From: Octopus bimaculoides
Lineage: Eukaryota
NCBI RefSeq assembly: GCF_001194135.2
Contig: NC_068987.1
Span: 27,655,580 to 27,719,579 of the forward strand
Length of the DNA: 64,000 nt
Reading direction: 5' to 3'
Position 1 is the stretch's first letter. Every line of letters begins with the position of its first letter. Made by a program: the position numbers and the translations under genes. The notes beneath the pieces were generated by a model, which ran no database searches, was not told where the DNA came from, and was given only the letters and a program-made list of their open reading frames with translations. Below, one piece after another: positions 51,363 to 61,559 of this stretch.

Positions 51363-51983
51363 CCGGGATCTTTTTTTAAAACGGGGGCCACATTTTTCAT
51401 TAACGAAACACTTTGAAACTTGGAACACTGGTAGAATGTGTCATATAAAACATCTTTTTCTCTTAGTCTTCTTTAAAAAAAAAGAAATCCATAACTTATT
51501 CCATGTTAAAGTTGTCGTATTTCTGTAATTTCAACCAATCACTGACGTCCATTCAGCCGATATACATTAAGTGCTGACTACATAAACAAACGATTCTGAA
51601 ACAATTAACCCTAACCCTAACCCTAGGGTTAAATTTGCTTTAACCCTAACCCTAACCCTAACCCTAGGGTTAGGGTTAGGGTTAGGGTTAAAGCAAATTT
51701 AAAAGGAAAAAAGCAAATAAAACGAAGGTATGGAGATTAAATACGCTTTACATCGCTTAATCAGCCAAAGGAGTAAATATAAACAACTGAATATTTGTCA
51801 GTGATTGGTTGAAATTATCGAAATAAGACAATTTTTTTACATGAAATATATTCGAATACAAAAATATTTTTCTGTTCTATAACACAAAATAGATAAGTAT
51901 ACGAAATTTGAAAATCTTTCCGTACCAAAAACACTACGTAAAACATTAATGAAAAATGTGGCCCCCGTTTTAAAATAGATCCG
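51363..51983. mobile_element. MITE-like element with TIRs and a central telomeric-repeat palindrome
   Basis: Roughly 40-bp TIRs (ggatct..aaaacgggggccacatttttcattaa / ttaatgaaaaatgtggcccccgtttt..agatcc), an inner inverted block aatttcaaccaatcactgac, and a (CCCTAA)n-(TTAGGG)n core. Confidence 0.88.
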
Positions 51984-52329
51984 ACAATCGAACAAATAAT
52001 AATACATTATAACAAAAGACACGTAGCGTCGAATTCGGGGAAATATGAAACGAAAATACTACAATAGCAATGCAAAAATATGTACAATAAATATACTCCA
52101 ATGGGGAAAAAAAAAACAGATGAGGTCCAGTGTTTTAGGTTAGACCATTATAAAAAATGCAAAAATGATAAAAGATATGAAAGGGAATGGAAAAGAAATA
52201 ATACTAAATTTGCATTGAGATATCAGATTTAAATTACAAAATGCATATTTTGTTGGTCGTTAATTCAATTTTGTGGATTTGGGAGAAGAAAATGCAGGTC
52301 ATTAATGTGTCTAAGAATGAGATTTACAG

Positions 52330-52890
52330 CTCTGTTCTGCATTCATTCAAAATAGACATATAGAACAGCATTACTCCATTGTTACCGTTGAAAGAGTATC
52401 CATACAGTTATCCCCATTTTGTTTCCAAATATGTGACCGTATCATTTAGAAATGCATGCAATATGGGCACCGAATGAGCAAGCAAGGTGTTATCTGAATA
52501 CTCAATCTTCAAACTCTGAAAGATTCTACAATTTTCTGATATTATGATTAACTATTTCAAAGGCATTTCAAATTGCCTCAAACTGGGTGTTATCTTTGCA
52601 CGTTGTAAAGCCCCATTCGCTTCTGCTCCACTCAGGATATTTCTAGTTAGCAATACTGATACTCAAGGATTTGAGTTTTATTTAACACAATTGAATTTCA
52701 TTGTCAACGTTTTAACTGAGGACATTTACCGACAAGTAATTCTGCATAACCATGCGAAAACTGAAATCAAGGTACATGATATCCACCCATCTCATATAGC
52801 ACATAATTCTATAAATAAGACAGTCATATTTCAACAGCATTATTGCATCTGGCAAAGAAAATTTCAAATGAGTTTCGATATTCGTCTCAA
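52330..52890 (-). mobile_element. CR1-like LINE RT remnant
   Basis: VDIMYLDFS followed by a frameshifted DMV..N.L block matches the CR1 VDxxYLDFSKAFD motif. A degenerate SG..G.L block follows downstream. Confidence 0.45.
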
Positions 52891-53312
52891 GCAAGTGTGT
52901 ACTGCTATATATATATATATTATGAACTTTGACAATTTTTTACTTACATAGAAAATATTTCTCGGTTTGTCATTAATTTTGGGGATTTTGCAACGGTTAA
53001 TAAACTGCTATTGCGTGGTCTCTCGTAATTATGAGAAGCGATAATTAACTCGGTTTCTTGAGAGTATAGCGAAGGGCATCGAATTTTGGATGGATGTGGC
53101 ACCGCTTCGCTTTTCTTCTTCTTATCTGATATACGCGAATCAGTAACATATCAAAACACTGTTAAATATTATCTTCACGTCGGAGCGATCGTTAAACAAG
53201 TTATTACTGGCCTGTCACCAGGTGCTCTACGGGCATGTTTTTTTTCTACAGCCCTAAGGCCTTTCAGCAGGGGATGAACTGTAGTAAATCGGAATACGAT
53301 TCGAAGTGGGTA

Positions 53313-53359
<47 letters not shown>

Positions 53360-53895
53360 TTTGACTTATTTATTCCCTCGAAGCGTGAGGCATTAATACA
53401 CAGTTAATGCCCTTTATATATAAGTATTTATATTTATGATGAAATGATGAATTTTTTTCATTACGAAAATGTTTCGTTATTTTTTTCATTTTGATGTTTT
53501 TTCACGCTGACTACTTGATAAATTCTTATAAAGAATGTATCCTATATTATATTATATATATATATATATAAAATGATCACAAAGTATCTAGACGGTTAAT
53601 ATTTTTCCAAGATAATTTGTTTTGTTTTTTATATCAATTGAATTAAACACAGGAAGTTGATTTAGAACATCACATCCACTTCAGTGCCTCGGGTAAAAAT
53701 GACTTTATTTGTTAACTAGGGTATTTGGAATGTGTGGCCTTGACCAAATCAATTTTTAGCAGTGGTATTATTTTTCCTTCCTGCTCAATATTGTTTACAC
53801 ACACATACATGCACACCCAACCATTTATGTATGTATATGACTATACACACGAACAAAAATGAAATTATTTTTAGGGACAGCTAAATGCAAAAGTG

Positions 53896-53896
<1 letters not shown>

Positions 53897-53972
<76 letters not shown>
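53897..53972. repeat. (TG)n microsatellite
   Basis: Direct reading. Confidence 0.98.
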
Positions 53973-53973
<1 letters not shown>

Positions 53974-55337
53974 AAATTCAAATAAACAAGGAATATAGGA
54001 GATCGACACAGTTTTTATGATTACAGACAATTATACTGAATATTAAATTTAAATATGTCAGACAAATGTTCTTGCTGGATTGATATCTCCCAATGAAGTT
54101 TACGTTTGCATGCAGCTTGTTCATTTGGCTAAGACTCTATACAACGTTATTCAATGCCACTATTATAGATTGACGCGAACTGCAGTTTGAGTGTATAGAG
54201 AGTATTACATCTGGTAGGGGCGATAGATTTTGAGTGCAAAGAATGAGAGAAGAATATTTAGAAACCTGATATGGCTATAAAATCAGTTATGAGATTGACC
54301 CTATTATGACTCTAAGGTTTGAATTTCGAATCATTAATGCTAAATCCTAAACTAGGTCAAATTATATTGCATCCACTCGACTTAAGCGAAATAAGAAGGA
54401 ATAAGTTTCAGTGATAAATTTATGCATTAAAGGCTCACTATGTCAAATATAATATAGCAATATAAGATATGCAGAATTTACTTGTAAGGCCAGGTTATTG
54501 TACAAAATATGTTGGAATACTTCAGCTTTAAGTGAATGCTTGTATATGAATATGTAGATGCATCGTTGCTTACAAAGAAGGGTGAAGGCAATCGAAGAAT
54601 TTGTCTGTGCATGTGTGTGTGCGCTGCACCCATTTGTGTGCGTGTGAACGTGTTTGTGTACGTGTGTGTGTATGTGTATGTGTATGTGTGTATGTATGTG
54701 CGTTTGTGTGTACACTCGCATACTTGCTTGTATGTGTGTTTGTGTGCTTGTGAGTGTGTGTGTATTGGGCAGCCGTAACCTCTTTCAGGGTTTGCCCTTT
54801 TGTTCAAGGTCATTTTAGTCTCAGATTTGCTGAGATTTGCTTGTCATTCCATAAAGATTTATGGGTATAGTTTCTTATGTGAGGAGGGAAGGTGGGGCGG
54901 TCATATTATGTGTGTGTATGTATGTTTGTGTATTTGTGTGTGTGCGCGCGTGTGATCGTGTGCAGTGTGTGTGCCTGCATGTGGTGTGTGGGTCCACTGC
55001 ATGTGTTTATGTGGCCAAGTCAGTTTTCTGAGTGAGTGTAAATGGTTCCATGTGTGTGAATGTGTGAATGTTTACCTCCGTATGTCGATTTAAGTGTGTA
55101 TGTCTGTGTGTGTGTGTGTGTGTGTGTGTTCGCACATTTGTTCGCGTGCTGTGTAACTGGTTCTTTTTATAGGGAAGTGTTTGCATGTATGTCTGTGTGC
55201 GTGCGTTTTCATGTGTACGCCTATTTGTTACCGCGTACACGCTCGTGTGTATGCGCGTTTGTAAGCGTGTGTATTTGTCTTTATGCGTGCATTTGCGCGT
55301 GAAAATATCTTTGATTTTGTATTGTATATATCTCTTT

Positions 55338-55643
55338 TTCTTCTTCTTCTTCTACTTCTTCTTCTTCTTCTACTTCTTCTTCTTCTTCTTCTTCTTCTCC
55401 TTCGTCGTTTTCTTCTTCTTCTTCTCCTCCTCCTCCTCCTTCTTCGTCGTCTTCTTCTTCGTCTTCTTATCATCATCATCATCATCATCCTTCTTCTTCT
55501 TCTTCTTCTTCTTCTTCTTCTTCTTCTTCTCCTCCTCCTCCTCCTTCTTCGTCTTCTTATCATCATCATCATCATCATTATCATTCTTCTTCTTCTTCTC
55601 CTCCTCCTCCTCTTCCTTCGATTTCTTCGTCTTATCATCATCA

Positions 55644-55697
<54 letters not shown>

Positions 55698-55899
55698 TCC
55701 TCCTCCTCCTCTTCCTCCTTCTTCGTCTTCTTATCATCATCATCATCATCATCATTATCATTATTATTATTCTTCTTCTTATTATTCTTCTAATTATTAT
55801 TCTTCTTATTCTTCTTCTTCTTCTTATTATTATTATTATTATTATTATTATTCTTATTCTTCTTCTTCTTATTATTATTATTATTCTTATTATTCTTCT

Positions 55900-55983
<84 letters not shown>
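55338..55983. repeat. 650-bp compound trinucleotide satellite (TTC/TCC/ATC/ATT)
   Basis: Direct reading; the source of the poly-I/R/L/F ORFs. Confidence 0.98.
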
Positions 55984-55984
<1 letters not shown>

Positions 55985-55987
55985 TGC

Positions 55988-56200
55988 AAGGCGGTGAACT
56001 GGCAGAATCGTTAGCACACTGGATGAAATGCTTAGCTGTATTTCGCCCGCCACTGCGTCCTGAATTCAAATTCTACCGAGGTCGAATTTGCCTTTCATCC
56101 TTTCGGGGTCGATAAACTAAGAACCAGTGAATCACTGGGATCGATATAATCAACTAACCCTCTCCCTCCAAGTTTCAGGCCTTGTGCCTATAGTAGAAAT
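55988..56200 (+). mobile_element. SINE family A, full length, flanked by (ATT)n
   Basis: aaggcggtgaactggcagaatcgttagc...gaattcaaattc...gcctatagtagaaatgaggattattattatt. Confidence 0.92.
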
Positions 56201-56828
56201 GAGGATTATTATTATTGACATAATGATCTTTTCAAGACTCAAGTTTTGTTTGAACACATGAATTCTCGTCAAGAATCTTGCAAAGCAAACATTTCCGTAT
56301 TTATCTTTTCCTAAATAATGATTTTTCAAAGCAAAAACTTCCGTATATATTTTTTCTTAAATAACACTTGCTATGTCCTCCATATTAAAAATGTTTGCCT
56401 CATTGCTGTGCCTGAATTACAATTCAATTTCAAAATTTTCTGAGGCTATATATATCTGATGATTAGAAAATATGTTTTCCTATACAACGATTGAATGAAT
56501 TTGGTCTCTTATATTGATGCGTTTCCAGATATCGTCAAGGAGTAACCTGGTAGGTAAAAATGTCACTACATTTTGATCGGATCGATAAGATTGTGTTAGT
56601 ATAAATACTACAGAAAAAAATTAAATAAAACGGTGACAAGCATTTTCCAAGCCATAAGCTTATGGATCCAGTTTTGCGAATATCTTGGACACGATGTCTG
56701 CCAGATGATCACCCACTTTTGCATGCTGAGTGAACTCGAGCAGCAACAAATGAAATGCAATGCACGAATTGCTAAGGTACCCACCTACACGATATAGTTG
56801 TTACAAATATCTGCGTATATATCAATAT

Positions 56829-56910
56829 AACGTAAAAGATATTCTCACCTTCCCGAGCGTCAAACTAATATACCTGCTTGTTGTTTGTACACCTATCTTC
56901 GTCTTTTGAC
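56829..56910 (+). mobile_element. Second copy of the PLE pLTR-like repeat (3' part)
   Basis: aacgtaaaaga...ttcccgagcgtcaaactaata...ttgttgttt matches 35914-35990. Confidence 0.7.
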
Positions 56911-56924
56911 AAACACACGCACAC

Positions 56925-57275
56925 AGGCATTGGAGTGGCTGTGTGGTGAGAATACTGCTTCCTAACTTCGTGGTTCTGGATTGGGCAAGTACCGAACAAA
57001 ACCTTGTGAGTGGATTTGGAAACGGAAATTTAAAGAAGCTCGTATATGTGTGTGTGTGCGTGTGTGCGTGTGTCTGAGTTTGTCCCACCATCACCGCATG
57101 CCAACTGGTGCTGGTGTCTTTATGAACCCCTAATCTAACGTTTCGGCAAAAGAGGCCGATAAAATAAGTACCTGGCTTTAAAAAATATGTACTGGGGTCG
57201 ATACATCTGACTAAACACTCTCCAAGGCGGTGCACTAGAATGACCGCAGTATAATGACTGAGAAAAGTAAAATAA
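56925..57275 (+). mobile_element. SINE family B, full length, with internal (TG)n
   Basis: A-box-like gtggctgtgtggtgag, ccttgtgagtggatttgg, and 3' ggcggtgcactagaatgaccgcagt. Confidence 0.85.
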
Positions 57276-57287
57276 AAAAGTTATATA

Positions 57288-57359
<72 letters not shown>

Positions 57360-57656
57360 NNNNNNNNNNNNNNNNNNNNNNNNNNNNNNNNNNNNNNNNN
57401 NNNNNNNNNNNNNNNNNNNNNNNNNNNNNNNNNNNNNNNNNNNNNNNNNNNNNNNNNNNNNNNNNNNNNNNNNNNNNNNNNNNNNNNNNNNNNNNNNNNN
57501 NNNNNNNNNNNNNNNNNNNNNNNNNNNNNNNNNNNNNNNNNNNNNNNNNNNNNNNNNNNNNNNNNNNNNNNNNNNNNNNNNNNNNNNNNNNNNNNNNNNN
57601 NNNNNNNNNNNNNNNNNNNNATGGTCATTCATGACCGCAGGTAGTCTTTACTCTTG

Positions 57657-57689
<33 letters not shown>

Positions 57690-57696
<7 letters not shown>

Positions 57697-58250
57697 CTAT
57701 AAAAAAGCTTTCCCCTTATAATATGCTTCTAAGTTAGCTATCACTCCTTGATCTATTGGATGGGGCAAAGAAGTTTTATTCTTCAGAATACTTTCTACTC
57801 TCATATTATCAGAATGGTCATCTAATTTTGATGGGTCATTCAGTGCATTTTCTAATAGAACCAATGCTTCGTTGTACCTTTCTCCGTCAGGACAGAAAAC
57901 GTTTGAAAACTACTCTTTGTAAGTGCTCTTACTTATCCATGCCTTCTTATTTGAACGCCAAATTAGAGGTAGATTAAAATTTGTCTACCTCTTGAAATCC
58001 TTCGAATTTTGGGATTGATGACTATATCACCATCGGCATTTCCTCCGAAAAGAAAACTCGAACGATTTTTTGGAATCTTTAAATCCTGGTTTTGATTTTT
58101 CTTCTCAAGAAAAAAAAAAAAGTTGCAGCTGACATACGCTACCTGGAAGCTGCATTCTCAACATTATGTTCTCGCTCTGTTGTGTAGATGCAATCACTAT
58201 CTTCAACTGCTCACGATAATTAGTAGCAGCCACTGTATCAACTTTCGGAC
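57690..58250 (-). mobile_element. pogo/Tigger transposase remnant (DDE region)
   Basis: One frame reads WRSNKKAWISKSTYKE*FSNVFCP...VLLENALNDPSKLDDHSDNMRVESILKNKTSLPHPIDQGVIANLEAYY. Upstream lie KPGFKDSK and FLFGGNADGD. Confidence 0.9.
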
Positions 58251-58254
58251 TTAT

Positions 58255-58742
58255 ATCAATCATATTTATGTGCCCCTTAGGTGGTAACAATTCAAAACGA
58301 ATTACTCCTTTGCAATCCCATTAGATAGAGAGAATAACCATTTTCCCATGGAGTTCCCTTCTCGGTTGTGGTTGAGCTTTTTTCCCTTCTACCAAGCCAC
58401 TGTTTACGACGTTTAACATTTCGATAGAAGATCCAGTTTTCGTTATCAGTCACAATTCTATCCAAAAAAGGGTGAAATGAGTTCGCGATAATGGAGAGAA
58501 GAGCAGATGTCAACTTGGGATTTGAAGTTGCTTTCGGACAATTCATGAGTTTAGGAACGATTTCAAGTTGTTGAAGATGACGATGAACAGTTGTATGTTT
58601 TGAACTAAGCGTTATTGCCAACGCAGGATTCTCTTCCAGTAATGCCTTAAGGTGCTTATCATTAAACGCAACTGGACGTCCTGAAATCTCAACTTCTGAA
58701 TTTTGCAAACCATCTTCTGCGTGTGTTTCGAATCGCTTAGGT
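58255..58742 (-). mobile_element. Internal fragment of the same mariner family as 38332-39632, without TIRs
   Basis: DKHLKALLEENPAL, TTVHRHLQQL and TDNENWIFYRNVKRRKQW are closely similar to the full copy. Confidence 0.92.
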
Positions 58743-58744
58743 AT

Positions 58745-58855
58745 TTCTTAAGTCATTAGGTGTTTACAAAAGTTAATGACTTATAACGCCTAATAACTTG
58801 TGAACATCCAATTATTAAAGTGCAAAAGTCATCAGAAAAATCATATTCATTTTGT
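58745..58855 (-). mobile_element. Probable upstream continuation of the Tigger remnant (CENP-B-type HTH end)
   Basis: FCTLIIGCSQVIRRYKSL resembles the FxASxGWFxRFxRRY block that precedes the ADxxAA block found at 58250. Confidence 0.4.
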
Positions 58856-60039
58856 TTAATATATATATATCTATATCTATATCTATCTATCNNNNNNNNN
58901 NNNNNNNNNNNNNNNNNNNNNNNNNNNNNNNNNNNNNNNNNNNNNNNNNNNNNNNNNTATATATATACTTTCCCCAATAAATTTACCTCAGGTTAGCCCG
59001 TATAAGACAGTAGCTCATAGATGTTCCAGGCTTTACGTTCTTGTACCTTTCTCAGGCATATTACATTTAAAATTACATATTATATTATGCAATATATATT
59101 TGTTTGTATTAGTCCGTAGCAACAGAATTAGAAGTTATTTCTCACAGATGAAAGCACTACTTTGACGCTCCCTTTTGGCTCGTTCAGGTAGTTTGTGTGT
59201 GTGTCGTTCTGAAAATGCATGCTAGTTGCTTAGATAAAAGCAATGGCAGATTAAAATTAGCCTTTCGTGAATGCATCTATTTACATGTTGTGTCGGAATG
59301 TATTAATAGTAAAGTATTTTCTTTCTGCATAAAGCATTAATTTTATGTTATATATTTGTGTGCTGGGATGGTGTTTGTGTGCTGATATGTTTGCATAATT
59401 ACATATTATTTGTTTGCCAGTAGTGAAATAAATCTGCTTTAAAGTACCGAATGATAAAAGTAGGAGAGATGTATCAAAATCACATTTCCGGGGTAGACGG
59501 GAAATGGAATGAAATCTATAAAAGCTATACCAAAATTGGAAGTCAAGTTATATAAACAATGATTCATAAATAGAAGAAGTACGACTTCAATTGTTTCAAA
59601 TTCGCACCTCAAAGATAGTTCATAATTTTCTATGTTGTTATATATGAGTCGGCTGAGTTACCTATACGCGTTGTTTATTCGCGTACATTTCCATTGTGCT
59701 TCTACTCTTTTCACACATTTTGTTAATCTAAACTTTTACATGTGATACGCCTGCATGCATGCAGAAAAATATCATTACTATAAGAACGATAATCTTTCAG
59801 TGGGTCTCGGAGAAAAGCAAATTTAAATTGCATGTAAGCTTGTAGACATATCTATAAAATTAAGTCACTTATATTAGTAAAACATCTTACAAAAATGTTT
59901 AGTACTAAACGAGTAACAAATACTGGCGTTATAGTTAGCTTAATTCATGAGAAGTTGTGTTCGATGAAACAAGGAGAATATCATATACGTGGATAATATA
60001 TATGCATGCTATACGCTCAGACATATATATACGTAGAGA

Positions 60040-60160
60040 CTCAGGCGTGGGTGTGAGCTACGATGCAGGATTCCCTTTCATGTAGTCAGAGGTTCAGTAT
60101 TGCAACACAAGACCTTAGGATAGTGTCTTATGCCATAGTCCAGTTCAAGTAAAATCTTCC
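60040..60160 (+). mobile_element. Degenerate SINE-B-like head
   Basis: aggcgtgggtgtg...ggttcagtattgc...gaccttaggatagtgtctt resembles the family B 5' region. Confidence 0.45.
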
Positions 60161-61120
60161 TCAGTCACAGAAACCGAACGATGAAACTGCGAGATGATAT
60201 AGAGACAGTTGCTCTTATATTATTTCAGTTGTCGTACGTCGGCTGGAAGCGCTAATCGGTAGCTAACCGTAAGTAACTTACGAGGTGGGAGCGCTAAGCA
60301 GGAATGTGTATAAGTACAATGTTATTATCAGTACGAATATCCAAGTGGCATGGTCGAATTCGTAAACAAGCCATTCACTGTGTTTTGTCGTGGAGAAAAT
60401 TTCTCTCTGTAGACAAATGGTGTACATACACCTAAATTGGCTCGCAGCGCCATCTATGCACACTATTAGATGAAAGCATTTCTGAATGGTTATTTCTTCT
60501 TTAGTCAAATGTTATTACACATCACTGCGTGGCGCTTCCACCTCGTAAGACATACAACGAATGGAATAACATAATAGAGATTGTCCCTCATATCAGCTCG
60601 CAGCGCCACAGTTCGGTTTCTGTGACTGAAGAAAAGATACCAACTCTGAGTTACTTGCATCTCTCAGTCTGGATTGGTAGCGCTTCGAGCTGATTTAGAG
60701 GTATTTTTACACCACTTGTCGACAGCAAGAAATTTTTTACCATGACGAAACATAGTGAATGGCTTGTTCGGTATATTCAAACTGGTAGTAACATTGCATT
60801 TATACCCATCAATGCTTGCCACTTCTACCTCGTAGTTTATGCTATTTGTCTTACAGGTGGCAATGATTTTAGCTGTATGAAGAATCCTTCCGTGAACACT
60901 ATTTCTAATATGTATTTTGCAGCATAACAAATGTGTGTGTGTGAGTGTGTGTTTGTGCGTGTGTTAATATTTGGTCTTATGTTCAGTTATAATAAAACTA
61001 AATTTACATTTATCAGATGACAGCTCATAGTGGCCGAATTAAAATATCCTTATGACAAATTTCAGTATATTACCGCGGATAAAAATTCTTTCTTATGGCA
61101 AAAGATATAAAAAGACATTA

Positions 61121-61559
61121 TCTGCTTGGTGTTGCCCTCTTTCAGATTCTTAGACGGAACGTTTCTAGCTTTTTAACCGTCATCAATGGGAAATAACGGC
61201 TAAAGAACTAGAAACGCTGCTCCAGTGATCTGATTAAGGCAACTCTGCGCAGATGTGGTGATTTAACACATTTAGCCATATGAGAAAATTTTTGTTTAGG
61301 TTTTGAAATAAGTCACAGACATATTTTAACTAAATTCAGGTCTGCATATGCCTAAAGACTGCTTGCTGCTGATACTGGCGAATTTCTCCCCACCTGGTTA
61401 TCTAATAGTGCTACTGTGTCAATGTTGTTGACTGTATTTTAGTTCAATATACGGCTTAAGTCTGCCTAGAGTAAACTCGATTCGATATTTCGCATTAGTA
61501 CGGTTAAAGAACTAGAAATGATGCGTTCGGGAATCTGAGAGAGGGCATCACACGGAAGA
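61121..61559. mobile_element. MITE-like element with roughly 60-bp imperfect inverted ends
   Basis: gccctctttcagatt..tttctagctttttaaccgt pairs with acggttaaagaactagaaa..aatctgagagagggc. A TA lies on both flanks. Confidence 0.6.

Noticed and set aside
51358-51990. Apparent 8-bp TSD gacaaccg/gacaatcg suggesting a Merlin or hAT superfamily
   Set aside because: The other copy also ends gatccgaca, so these bases may belong to the element. The superfamily was left unassigned.
52544-52951. 135-aa plus-strand ORF
   Set aside because: It is antisense to a CR1-like RT remnant and has no recognisable motif of its own.
53062-53277. GHRILDGCGTASL resembles SAM-methyltransferase motif I
   Set aside because: It lacks the residue between D and G and the final G, and no downstream motifs were recognised.
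54490-54600. MLEYFSFK*MLVYEYVD resembles kinase subdomains IV-V
   Set aside because: There is an in-frame stop, the spacing is off by two residues, and there are no other kinase motifs or splice sites.
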